Shown piece after piece: positions 21,723-33,338 of a DNA stretch of 64,000 nucleotides. The number at the start of each line of letters is the position of its first letter. Within the stretch, counting starts at the first letter, position 1. The position numbers and the translations under genes were made by a program. This DNA comes from an uncultured delta proteobacterium. Lineage in GTDB: Bacteria > Myxococcota > Myxococcia > Myxococcales > Myxococcaceae. Under the pieces are notes generated by a model that ran no database searches, was not told where the DNA came from, and was given only the letters and a program-made list of their open reading frames with translations. Location of the stretch: positions 288,001-352,000 of the forward strand of contig CAVYSY010000040.1 in the NCBI GenBank assembly GCA_963771175.1, read 5' to 3'.

Positions 21723-22049
21723 ATGGCGAACACGGTCATCGGCATCGAGCATCGTCATCGACGGCGAGATCTCCGGCGACGAGGATCTCGTCATCCAGGG
21801 CACGGTGAAGGGCAAGATCTCGCTGCAAGGAGAGCCTCTTCGTCGAGGGCACCGGCGTGGTCGAGGCCGACATCGAGACCCAGAACGTCGAGATCGCCGG
21901 CCAGGTCACCGGCAACATCACCGCCACCGACAAGGTCGAGCTCAAGGCCGACTGCCGCGTGGTGGGCGACATCAAGGCCCCGCGCATCCTCATCGCCGAC
22001 GGCGCCGCTTCAAGGGCAACGTCGACATGGACGTCCGAAGGAGCGCTGA
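21723..22049 (+). CDS. bacO: Bactofilin BacO; several frameshifts
   Basis: MANTVIG...VIDGEISGDEDLVIQGTVKG...VEADIETQNVEIAGQVTGNI...VVGDIKAPRILIADGA.FKGNVDM. Confidence 0.85.
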   Translation: MANTVIGIEHRHRRRDLRRRGSRHPGHGEGQDLAARRASSSRAPAWSRPTSRPRTSRSPARSPATSPPPTRSSSRPTAAWWATSRPRASSSPTAPLQGQRRHGRPKER

Positions 22050-22054
22050 TCGCC

Positions 22055-22756
22055 ATGGCCACTGCGAAGGAACTGGTCCCTGGTCGGGCGAGCGACAACA
22101 CGGTCATCGGTCCATCCATCCTCATCAGCGGCAAGCTCACGGGCGACGAGGACCTCACGGTCCGCGGCCGGGTCGAGGGTCGAGCTCACCCTGACCAGGA
22201 CGCTCATCGTCGAGCCGTCGGCATCGTGAAGGCCGAACGTCACGGTCAAGAACGCCATCGTCAGCGGCGTGGTGGTGGGCAACATCACCGCCACCGAGAG
22301 CGTCGAGCTCACCCGCGAAGGCCGCATGGTGGGCGACATCCACGCCCCGCGCGTCATCATCGTCGACGGCGCGAGCTTCCGCGGCCGCGTCGACATGGGC
22401 GAGGTGGAGCCGGGTCGCGTGCCCACGGAGCGTCCGGCGCTGCCGCGTCCGACGGCCGTGCGTCCCGCGGTGCGTCCGGGGACGAATGTCCCGGCCCGTC
22501 CGGCGCTGCCTGGTGCTCGGCCGCCGCCGCCCGCTGCTCCCATGACGGCCCGTCCGGCCGCCCCCTCGCCCGCGGCCCGCCGGCGCCGCCGCCCGCTCCG
22601 GTCGCCACGCGCCCGGTGCCGCCCGCTCCGCCCGCCCCCAGGGCGGCCGAGCCCACCCGGCCCGAGCCTCCTCGGCCGCCGGTCGCCGCGCCGGTCCCGC
22701 CTACCATGGCGGAGGCTGCTAGGAAGAAAGTCGTGGTGAAGAAGAAGGGTCGTTAA
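22055..22756 (+). CDS. bacP: Bactofilin BacP with Pro/Arg-rich tail; frameshifts
   Basis: [28 protein letters not shown]...[24 protein letters not shown]; long disordered tail ending [10 protein letters not shown]. Confidence 0.85.
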   Translation: MATAKELVPGRASDNTVIGPSILISGKLTGDEDLTVRGRVEGRAHPDQDAHRRAVGIVKAERHGQERHRQRRGGGQHHRHRERRAHPRRPHGGRHPRPARHHRRRRELPRPRRHGRGGAGSRAHGASGAAASDGRASRGASGDECPGPSGAAWCSAAAARCSHDGPSGRPLARGPPAPPPAPVATRPVPPAPPAPRAAEPTRPEPPRPPVAAPVPPTMAEAARKKVVVKKKGR

Positions 22757-22838
22757 AGCGTTGTGGTGGCGCACCTTTGCGTCGCCACACGCCGAATCGA
22801 CGGCCACGGCCCGGCGACGGGCGAATCCAAGGGTGCTG

Positions 22839-23697
22839 ATGAACGCCATGAACGCCGAGAACAGAATCGACGAGGTGGACGCGCAGCCGAGCACCCCGGT
22901 GGAGGAGTCGCCCGGGGCGACCGCTCCTGAGTCGTCCGCCGCCGCCCCCGAGCAGCAGGAGGGGACGGTGGAGGCTCGCGAAGGGAGCTCCGAGGTCGCG
23001 GAAGCATCGGGCGGTGAGTCGCCGGCCGAGCAGCCCGCGCCTCCGCCGAGCCGAGCAGCCGCGTCCGCGAGACGCTCGCGCCGCGCCGTCGTGGGAACGT
23101 GGCCCCCGCCCACATTCCGCTGGAGCGGATCGACGAGGACTCCACGTTCCAGATGCGCCCGGTGGGGGAGTTGTCCGCGCTGGCCACCGATCTGGCGCGG
23201 CTGGGGCAGCTCTTCCCGGTGGACGTGCGCTTCAAGCCGCCGGACCGGTTCCAGATCATCTCCGGATTCCGCCGGGTGGCGGCGCTGCGCTTCCTCCAGA
23301 CGGGATCGCGTGCTGGCCCGCCTGCACACGGACCTGTCGGACGAGGACGCGCTGCTGATGGCGCTGGCCTCGGCCATCCACTCCTCGCCGGTGAGCCGGG
23401 AGGAGCTGGAGGCCAAGCGGGAGCAGCTCGAGAGCCGAGGGGCGGCTGACGCCCATCGCCCGGGATATGCTCGAGAAGGCGCTGGCCACCGAAGAGTCGC
23501 TCGCGCCGGAGACGGTGGACGAGGAGGTCGACGCGGACGAGCTGGCCGCGGAGGTCACCCAGCGGTTGGTGGACATCAATCAGGACCTGGCGCTGCTGGC
23601 TGACGTTTTCGCCGACCTCGATGAGACGCGGAAGAAGGAGCTGCTCACGCAGCTTCGCTACTCCTCGGATCTCGTGGCCTGGCTGGAGAGCTTGTGA
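22839..23697 (+). CDS. padC: PadC, ParB-like bactofilin adaptor; frameshifts
   Basis: Disordered acidic N-terminus; ParB/Srx-like IPLERIDED...GQLFPVDVR...[16 protein letters not shown]; follows bacNOP. Confidence 0.82.
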
Positions 23698-24269
23698 ATG
23701 GTGGACGCGCTCGCGCGTGACAGGGCCCGCCTGCTGGAGCTGCTCACCGAGCGCTCCTTCGAGCGGCGCAAGGTGGTGCTGTCGTCCGGCAAGGAGTCGG
23801 ATTTCTACATCGACTGCAAGCGCACGGCGCTGCTGGCCGAGGGGCACTTCCTCATCGGCCGGCTCCTGCTTCAGTCCGTCCTCCGCGAGGCGCCCCGAGG
23901 CCGTGGCGGTGGGCGGGCTGACGCTGGGCGCGGATCCGCTCGCCTCGGCGGTCAGCCTCACGAGCTACCTGTCCGGGGACTCCGCTGCATGCCTTCATCG
24001 TCCGCAAGGAGCCCAAGGGCCACGGCACGGGCCAGTGGATCGAGGGCATGAAGCGCGCTGCGCTCCGGGCGCGCCGGTGGCCATCCTCGAGGACGTGGTC
24101 ACCACGGGCGCTTCCACGCTCAAGGCGATCGAGCGGGCTCAGCTGCGAGGGGCTGAAGGTGCTCGGGGCGTTCGCGCTGGTGGACCGGCTGGAGGGCGGA
24201 CGCGAGGCGGTCGAGGCCACCGGGAACCGGCTCTTCACGCTGTTCACCCGCAAGGACTTCATTCCGTGA
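23698..24269 (+). CDS. pyrE: Orotate phosphoribosyltransferase; frameshifts
   Basis: VLSSGKESDFYIDCK, GGLTLGADPL, RKEPKGHG, ILEDVVTTGAS, LVDRLEGG. Confidence 0.9.
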
Positions 24270-24271
24270 GG

Positions 24272-24898
24272 ATGCAGTTGCGGCTCGTGGCGCTGCTGAT
24301 GGCGCTGCGCGGGCTGTGTCTCCACGCCCGCCCACCGTGGGGGATCCGGCTCCCGTGCTGCGGGACGAGCGCCAGGAGCGCATCTACCAGCAGGTGCTGG
24401 AGCGCTACACCGCCCGCGGGGAGCTCTACTCGGCTTCGACACGGGCTCTTCTCGGCGGCCACGCTGCAGACGCCGGCCTTCCGCGAGGCCCGCATCCGCC
24501 GGGCGGCCACCTTCCAGTCGCTGTCTCCGCGAGCGCGTGGAGTCGCTGCTGGCGCGAGGAGCTGGCGGAGGCGCAGAACACGCACGAGTTCTTCCTCGGC
24601 GTCCACGTCAACGACTACCGCTACGACGACTTCGACCGGCCCACGTCCATCTGGCACATGGTGCTGGTGACGCCCGCGGGCGAGGTGCGGCCCGTGAGGG
24701 TGCGAGCGCATGGGCCGCGCGGACATGGACATGCGGGCCTTCTACCCGTACCTGGGCACCTTCTGGGTGGGCTACCGCGTGCGCTTCCCCACCACCTTCG
24801 CGGACGGCAAGCCCGTCATCCCCCCGGGCATCGAGCGCGTGGTGCTGCGCATGGCCTCCTCGCTCGGCAAGGTGGAGATGCGCGTCCACGCGCGCTAG
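24272..24898 (+). CDS. Hypothetical probable lipoprotein; several frameshifts
   Basis: Signal-like MQLRLVALLMAL...C. Coherent fragments occur across frames (YQQVLERYT, HEFFLGVHVNDYRYDDFD, FYPYLGTFWVGYRVRF). Confidence 0.6.
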
Positions 24899-24910
24899 CG
24901 CACGTGACGC

Positions 24911-25505
24911 TCAGGTCTGCTCGGGCCGCAGCGGGGGCGTTCTCGGGGTGAGTGGCTGTTCGACCTTCTGGAGCTGATCCAGCAGCGCGGCTGGGGACGG
25001 GTCGCAGGCGAAGGGCTGGGCGCGCGCCTCGGGGACGAAGCCTTCCTCCACCGCGCGCCGCATCATCGCCAGCAGCGGCCCGTAGAAGTCCGCCACGTTC
25101 AGCAGGCCGATGGGCTTGTGGTGGAGGCCGAGCTGGGCCCAGGTGGTCACCTCGAAGAGCTCCTCGAAGGTGCCGATGCCGCCGGGCATGGCGATGAAGG
25201 CGTCCGCGCGCTCGGCCATCATCGCCTTGCGCGTGTGCATGGAGTCCACCAGGTGCAGCTCGGTGAGGCTCGGGTGGGCGATCTCCCGATCACTCGAGCA
25301 CCCTGGGCAGCACGCCCACCACCTTGCCGCCCCGCGCGAGGGCCGCGTCCGCCATGGCGCCCATGAGTCCCACGCTGGTGCCCCCGTAGACGAGGGTGAG
25401 CCCCCGCCGGGCCAGCTCCGCGCCCAGGGCCCTGGCCCCCGCGAGGTAGTCCGGCCGGGTTCCGTTGCGCGAGCCACAGAAGACGCACACCGACTTCAGT
25501 TCCAT
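24911..25505 (-). CDS. LOG-family nucleotide monophosphate nucleosidase (TIGR00730-like); frameshift near 25295
   Basis: [43 protein letters not shown]. Confidence 0.9.
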
Positions 25506-25506
25506 A

Positions 25507-26252
25507 CTAGGGAATCCCCCGAATCGTTCCGGGTGGGCGGCGATGTAGACCACCACCACTGCGATGGCGAGCAGCAAGGGCGCGGCGCGCGCGAAGACAC
25601 GGGGCCCGGAGCGCAGGGCGATGCCCATGGGCAGGCCGAAGAGGAAGCCTCCGAGGTGCCCGGCCCAGCTCACTCCCGGGAGGAGGCTGATCGCCGCCAC
25701 CTGGACCAGCCAGAAGACGAGGCCGCGGCGGAACTCGCGCGTGGCGATGAGGAGCATGGCTCCCGCCCAGCCGAGGATCATCCCCGAGGCTCCCACGGTG
25801 GGCACGTTGAAGTTGAAGAGCAGCGCGAAGGCCGAGCCGCCCAGCGCCGTGACGAGGGAGATGAGCAGGAAGCGCCCGCTGCCGATGCCCCGCTCCAGGG
25901 GCATGCCCAGCGAGTACACCACGGACATGTTGAAGCCGAGGTGGAGGAGGCCGCCGTGCATGAAGACGGTGGTGAGCACGCGCCAGGCCTGGCCCGCCTG
26001 GACGAGCGGACCGAAGAGGGCGGTCCATTGGAAGAAAGGGCCCCGTGCTCCCCAGAGGAGCGCGCCCGACTCCCGGCTCAGGAGGACATCCAGCAGGTAC
26101 AGGACCACCGAGCCGCCGATGACGACCGCGCACACCGGAGGCCAGGGCTGGCGCACGGGCGGGGCAGGGGGCTCGACGGGTCGCTCGGGCCCGGGAGGGT
26201 GCTCGTGCCCCGGGGGCGGCAGCATGTCGCGCGGATCAGTGGGGTAGGTCAT
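25507..26252 (-). CDS. Rhomboid-family intramembrane serine protease
   Basis: [33 protein letters not shown]. As sequenced it reads in frame into the LOG gene. Confidence 0.88.
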
Positions 26253-26259
26253 CCGAGGT

Positions 26260-27857
<1,598 letters not shown>

Positions 27858-27945
27858 GTGTCACAGCCTTAATGGCTGTAAGTGCTGGAAACAAGGCGAT
27901 TTCTTGAGGACTTTCGGGCGGAGGTCTAAGGTTGGGAGCGCCGAT

Positions 27946-28637
27946 ATGCGAGCCCTTCCCTTCTTGCTGCTGCCCGCGCTGCTGCTTGCCCCCCTGGGAG
28001 CCCATGCGTCCGAGGGCATCTACAGGTACGTGGAGAAGGACGGGACGATCGTCTACACGAACGTCCCGCCGCCAGGCACGAAGAAGGCCGCCAGAAGCTC
28101 AAGGGCACCTTCTCCGAGGCGCCCGCGCACACCGCCCCGGTGAAGGGCCGGTCACGCACCCCCGAGGAGCTCGAGCCCCACATCGCCAAGGCCGCCCAGC
28201 GCTACCGCATTCCCACCGCGTTGGTGCGCGCCATCATGCACACGGAGAGCAACTTCAACTCCAACGCGGTGTCCCCCAAGGGCGCCAGCGGGTTGATGCA
28301 GCTCATGCCGGGCACGGCCTCGGAGATGTACGTGAAGGACATCTTCGACAACCGGGACAACATCGAGGGCGGGGTGCGCTACCTGCGGGTGCTGGCCAAC
28401 CTCTTCCAGGGCGACATGGTGAAGATGGTGGCCGCGTACAACGCGGGGCCGGACGCCGTGCGCAAGTACGGTGGGCAGGTGCCGCCGTACCCGGAGACGC
28501 AGGCCTACGTGCGCAAGGTGCTCCAGCTCTACTTCCATTACAAAGAGCGCGAGCAGCTCACGAAGGGCGAGCCTCGCGGGACGAATTCCGATGCCGACGA
28601 CGCGCGTGACGGGGCGGGGGCCGAAGAACCCCGTTGA
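27946..28637 (+). CDS. DUF4124 + lytic transglycosylase (SLT); frameshift near 28090
   Basis: Signal peptide, IYRYVEKDGTIVYTNVP, then IMHTESNFN...SPKGASGLMQLMP...AAYNAG...ETQAYV. Confidence 0.9.
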
Positions 28638-30059
28638 TGAGGAGTTCCTGAATCAGCTCTACCGCGGGAGCGAGCTGCTGGCGCAGGGCAAGGCCCACGA
28701 GGCCCGTCAGCACCTCGAGCGGGCCCACCAGCTCCAGCCGAGGAACGAGAAGAGCCAGAACCTGCTCGGGCTGGCCTACTTCAAGCTGGGCCTCTTCGAG
28801 AGGGCCGCCGAAATCTACGAGGGGCTGGTGCGCGACAACCCGGTGGACGCCACCCTGCGCGTCAACCTGGGGCTGGTGTACCTGAAGACGAACGCGCTCC
28901 AGCGCGCGATGCGCGAGTTCGAGTCCGCGACGGACCTGCAGCCGGACCACAAGAAGGCGCACAACTACCTGGGACTGGCGCTGGCGCAGGCCGGGGAGTA
29001 CGGCCGCGCCCGCGAGCACTTCCTCCTGGCCGGCAGCGATGTCATGGCGGAGAAGATGGCCCGGGCCATCGCGGGGGACCGGTTGGCCCGGCAGCCGCAA
29101 CCCCTGCCCGCTCCGGCTCCGATGCCCGCCGGGCGCCCGGCCCCCGGCGGCGAGAGTCAGTGGGGCTCCCAGTTCGGCCTGGACGAGGGTCCCTCCGCCG
29201 CCACGCCGGAAGAGGCGGCGGAGGAGATGCGAGCTCGCCGAGGACGAGGGGCCGAGCGTCCTCGAGGAGGGCTCGCTGGACCCCGGGGCCGAGGCCGCCG
29301 CGTCCTTCGCGGCGACGTCCGAGGCGGTGTCCACGAGCGAGGCGCTGCCGGAGGAGTCGCTGGAGAACGCCACTCCCGAGCTGCCCGCGAAGGTCGTGGA
29401 CTTCCAGCCGGGAGCGAACGTACCGGTGCTGGCCGAGCTGGCGTCGGCGGTGGCGTTGGCGGGGGCCAGCGAGGCCAACCCCTTCCGGGTGGGCCGAGGC
29501 TCCTTCTCCGTGCTCGTGAAGGGCGAGCTGCTCACGCGGCTGGAGGGCCTGGTGGCCTTCTCCGGGCAGCTCCAGTTCGAGCCGGAGTTGAAGCGCTTCC
29601 GGGGACGTACCTCGGAGCAGCCCTTCGGCGAGGGGGCGCGGCAGCTCGTGCGCGCCACCGGCGAGGGCGTGCTCTTCATCGAGTCGGCGGAGGGGCGCTC
29701 CTTCCTGGCGGTGGAGCTGGGCGAGGAGGGCGCCTACCTGCGCGAGGAGTTCCTCTTCGCTTTCGAGGAGGCGGTGACCTTCGAGAATGGCAAGGTGCCC
29801 TCGGACGTGGCGCCGGACCTGGAGCTGGTGCTACCTGCGCGGGCAGGGGAGGGTGCTGTTGAGCCTCCCCGGGAGGCTGCGCTCGGTGGCGGTCGCCGAG
29901 GGGGGGCCGGTGACGGTCCCGCTGTCCCATCTGGTGGGGTGGCAGGGCAAGGTCGCCCCTCGAATGGTGCCGTTGCTGGCGGTGGGGGGCGAGCCTCCCC
30001 GGGCCGCCGTGGAGCTGAGCGGTGAAGGATTTGCCCTCATCGTCCTGCCAGTTCGGTAG
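28591..30059 (+). CDS. TPR + AIM24 (DUF124)-like protein; frameshifts near 29230 and 29830
   Basis: N-terminal TPRs, acidic linker, AIM24-like C-terminus (LVRATGEGVLF, LRGQGRVLL, VELSGEGFALI). Confidence 0.75.
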
Positions 30060-30070
30060 AAGGACCCGTC

Positions 30071-30760
30071 ATGGATCGAGCTGAGCGAGCGTTGCGGAAG
30101 CGGCAGAAGAAGGAGGAGCGGGCGCGGCGGCGGGCGGCGCGCCAGCCCAGCGTGCTCGTCCAGGAGTTCTGGAACCTGCCCAACATGCTGACGCTGGGGC
30201 GCATCTTCCTCATCCCCCTGTTCGTCTGGCTCACCTACGACGCGGATCCGCTCTCCTCGCTGCTGGCGGCGGCGGTGTTCGCCGTGGCCTCCATCACGGA
30301 CGTCGTCGACGGCTACCTGGCGCGCCGGTGGAACCTCATCACCGTGGTGGGCAAGTTCATGGATCCGCTGGCCGACAAGCTCATCGTCCTGGCGGCGCTG
30401 GTGATGATGGTGCGGCTGGGCCGGATCGCGGCCTGGGTGGTCATCGTGCTGCTGGCGCGCGAGCTCATCGTCAGCGGCCTGCGCACCATCGCGGCGAGCG
30501 AGGGCATGGTCATCGCCGCCGGGCAGGAGGGGAAGTGGAAGACGTCCCTCCAGCTCGTGGGCATCATCTCGCTCTGCGTGCACTACGAGCACCTGATCGA
30601 CGTGGGCTTCTACGCGGCGCCGGTGGACTTCAACAAGGTGGGCCAGTTGTTGGTCTATTTGTCGGGGGCGTTCTCGGTGTGGAGTGCCGTCGTGTACTTC
30701 CGCGCCTTCCTCGCCATGCTGGCCAGACGGGGGAGCGGAGCGGACACACAGAAGGCTTGA
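30071..30760 (+). CDS. pgsA: CDP-diacylglycerol--glycerol-3-phosphate 3-phosphatidyltransferase
   Basis: NLPNMLTLGR, TDVVDGYLARRWNLITVVGKFMDPLADK, RELIVSGLR, GKWKT. Confidence 0.95.
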   Translation: MDRAERALRKRQKKEERARRRAARQPSVLVQEFWNLPNMLTLGRIFLIPLFVWLTYDADPLSSLLAAAVFAVASITDVVDGYLARRWNLITVVGKFMDPLADKLIVLAALVMMVRLGRIAAWVVIVLLARELIVSGLRTIAASEGMVIAAGQEGKWKTSLQLVGIISLCVHYEHLIDVGFYAAPVDFNKVGQLLVYLSGAFSVWSAVVYFRAFLAMLARRGSGADTQKA

Positions 30761-30785
30761 CGCATCCGGAACCGGACTGTATATC
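30757..30785 (+). promoter_or_regulatory. Putative sigma70-type promoter of the tRNA pair
   Basis: TTGACG-N17-TATATC, about 60 bp upstream of the first tRNA. Confidence 0.5.
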
Positions 30786-30843
30786 CCCCCTCACTTTCGA
30801 CGGCGCCGCGAGGCGACGGCGGAGGTTGTCAGGAGTCAGAGAA

Positions 30844-30918
30844 GCGGGAATAGCTCAGTGGTAGAGCATCGCCTTGCCAAGGCGAGGGTCGAGGGTTCAA
30901 ATCCCTTTTCCCGCTCCA
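30844..30918 (+). tRNA. tRNA-Gly (GCC)
   Basis: 75-nt cloverleaf: acceptor GCGGGAA/TTCCCGC, anticodon loop TTGCCAA, T-loop TTCAAAT, encoded CCA. Confidence 0.97.
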
Positions 30919-30934
30919 ACTACTCCTTTCTTCT

Positions 30935-31009
30935 GCGGGAATAGCTCAGTGGTAGAGCATCGCCTTGCCAAGGCGAGGGTCGAGGGTTCAAATCCCTTTT
31001 CCCGCTCCA
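30935..31009 (+). tRNA. tRNA-Gly (GCC), identical second copy
   Basis: Identical 75-nt sequence after a 16-bp spacer. Confidence 0.97.
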
Positions 31010-31015
31010 GTCACG

Positions 31016-31050
31016 AAGGCCCTCTGGGAGACCAGGGGGCCTTTTCTTTT
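31016..31050 (+). terminator. Rho-independent terminator
   Basis: AAGGCCCTCTGG-GAGA-CCAGGGGGCCTT hairpin followed by TTCTTTT. Confidence 0.85.
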
Positions 31051-31169
31051 TGCCCATCCTGCGGTGCTCCTCTGGTGGGCAGGCGCGCGAGCCACTGCTT
31101 GCTGGGATAGAGCGCGGGTGGTGCCTGTTCTCGCCTCGGGGCGCGGCTTTGCTGTATGGATAGCGCCGC

Positions 31170-31951
31170 ATGATTCGCCACTTCCGGGAACTCTACCAGT
31201 ACCGGGGGCTGCTCCTCAGCTTGGTCCAGCGCGAGTTGAAGGCACGCTACCGGGGCTCGGTGCTGGGCTTCTTCTGGACGTTCCTCAACCCCATGCTGCA
31301 CATGCTCGTGTACTGGCTGCTGTTCGACGTGATGTCGAAGAACCAGGTCGCGAGCACTACCCGTTCTTCATGTTCGTGGGGCTGCTGCCGTGGATCTGGT
31401 TCTCCACCTCGGTGAGCGGGGGGGCCAGCGCCATCAGTGACCGGCGAGACCTGATGACGAAGGTCCGCTTTCCGGCGCAGGTGCTGCCGGCCACGGTGGT
31501 GACCACCAACCTGTGCAACTACGTCTTCTCGCTGCCGCTGATGCTGGTGATGGGCATCATCTTCGGGGTGTGGCCCACCTGGCACGTGATTGCCTTCCCG
31601 GTGGTGGTGCTGACGCAACTCTGCTTCACCCTGGCGGTGGTGTACGTCGTCTCCGCGCTCAATGTGACGTTCCGGGACCTGCAGCACATCGTCGCCAACC
31701 TGATGATGATGTGGTTCTTCGTCACGCCCGTGCTCTACCGGGCATCCACCATCCCCGAGTCTTACCGGAGCGTGATGGTGCTGGCCAATCCGATGGCCAT
31801 CCTCATGACCGCCTACCAGTCCATCTTCTACGAGCACCGCCTGCCGGAAGCGCTGCCGCTGCTGGGTCTGCTGGCCGCGTCGGTGGTGCTGCTCTGGGGA
31901 GCCTCGCAGCTCTTCGAGAGCCGTCGTGAGGAGTTCGCGGAGTCCATCTAG
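31170..31951 (+). CDS. wzm: O-antigen ABC transporter permease; frameshift near 31345
   Basis: LVQRELKARYRGSVLGFFWTFLNP, LLPWIWF, FRDLQHI, FFVTPVLY, NPM. Confidence 0.93.
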
Positions 31952-33307
31952 ATGTCCATGCACGAGAGTCAGGACGCCATCGTCATCCGGGACGTCGTGA
32001 AGAGTTTCCGGAAGAAGACCATCCGGGGCGAGTACACGACGTTCAAGTCGGAACTGGTGCGCTGGCTGCGAGGTCAGCGCCAGCCCAAGCAGAAGCTCTT
32101 CATCGACGGCCCTGCGCGGCATCAACCTCGCATCCCCAAGGGCAAGACGGTGGGCATCATCGGGCGCAACGGCTCGGGGAAGAGCACCCTGCTCAAGCTC
32201 ATTACCGGCATCTATGCGCCGACCACGGGGAAGATCGACGTCAACGGGCGCATCTCCGCGCTGCTGGACCTGGGCGCGGGCTTCCACCCGGACTTCTCCG
32301 GCCGGGAGAACATCCTCATCAACGGCATCATCCTCGGCATGTCGCGCGCCGAGGTGAGGGCGAAGATGGACGACATCATCGCCTTCAGCGAGTTGGGCGA
32401 GTTCATCGACGAGCCGGTGCGCACCTACTCCAGCGGCATGTACATGCGCCTGGCCTTCTCGGTGGCCACGCACGTCGACCCGGACATCCTCATCGTCGAT
32501 GAGATCCTCGCCGTGGGCGACGAGCACTTCGCCAAGAAGAGCATCGCGAAGATGACGGAGTTCAAGCAGCAGGGGAAGACGATCGTCCTGGTGACGCATG
32601 ATCTGGGCACGGTCGAGCGCTGGTGTGATCTGGCGGCGTGGATCGACGGCGGCCGTATCCGTCGCGTGGGCACGCCAGCTGAAGTGGCTCAGGAGTACCG
32701 CCAGGCCGTGGCGCTCGCCGAGCAGCAGTCCATGGTGATGCAGCCGCCGGCGCTGTCGGAGGATGGGGGCGGGCTGCCCCAGGTAGCCGAGGCCGTCGGG
32801 CCGGTGAGCGGACCACAGGCCTCTCCGCAGCAGCGCTCGGGCAGTTTCCAGCTCGAGATCTCCCAGACGCGCCTGCTGGGGGCCGGGGGCGAGGAGCGCG
32901 CGGAGCTGGACACCGAGGAGCCGCTGGAGGTGTCGCTCGACTTCCTGAGCAAGGCGCCGCTGTCCGGCGTGCACTTCGAGGTCGTCTTCCGCCGTGAGGA
33001 TGGCAGTCAGGTGTACACGACGGGGACTCGCGGGGCGGAGCTGGAACTGCCCTCGCCGCTACCCCAGCAAGGTTCCCTGCGGCTGCGGCTGGCACGGCTG
33101 AGCCTGCTGCCCGGCAACTACTTCGTGGACGTCTGTGCGCGCGGTACCAAGGACGAGGTGCTGGACTCCCAGCGGGGGCTGCACAGGCTGAAGATCTCCT
33201 CGCCCAGCTCCGAGGGGGGGCTCGTGCGGCCCGTCCATGAGTGGTCCTTCGAGCCACATGCGGTGAGCCCCCTCGTCCGGGAAGAACAGAGAAAGGTCAT
33301 CGCCTAG
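31952..33307 (+). CDS. wzt: O-antigen ABC transporter ATPase with C-terminal Wzt_C carbohydrate-binding-type domain
   Basis: GRNGSGKST, YSSGMYMRLAFS, ILIVDEILAVGD, VLVTHD, plus a beta-sandwich C-terminus (LLPGNYFVDV). A short compensated frameshift sits near 32105-32130. Confidence 0.94.
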   Translation: MSMHESQDAIVIRDVVKSFRKKTIRGEYTTFKSELVRWLRGQRQPKQKLFIDGPARHQPRIPKGKTVGIIGRNGSGKSTLLKLITGIYAPTTGKIDVNGRISALLDLGAGFHPDFSGRENILINGIILGMSRAEVRAKMDDIIAFSELGEFIDEPVRTYSSGMYMRLAFSVATHVDPDILIVDEILAVGDEHFAKKSIAKMTEFKQQGKTIVLVTHDLGTVERWCDLAAWIDGGRIRRVGTPAEVAQEYRQAVALAEQQSMVMQPPALSEDGGGLPQVAEAVGPVSGPQASPQQRSGSFQLEISQTRLLGAGGEERAELDTEEPLEVSLDFLSKAPLSGVHFEVVFRREDGSQVYTTGTRGAELELPSPLPQQGSLRLRLARLSLLPGNYFVDVCARGTKDEVLDSQRGLHRLKISSPSSEGGLVRPVHEWSFEPHAVSPLVREEQRKVIA

Positions 33308-33338
33308 GGCGGCTGGTGTACAACGGGCCGGAGGGAGT

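Noticed and set aside
21321..23697. Bactofilin-ParB-like cluster as a novel system
   Set aside because: It matches the described BacNOP-PadC chromosome segregation scaffold of M. xanthus; the fused ORFs here are indel artefacts.
30844..31009. Duplicated tRNA as a prophage or island att site
   Set aside because: Both copies are full length, 16 bp apart and followed by one terminator. I saw no integrase and no distant partial copy in the window.
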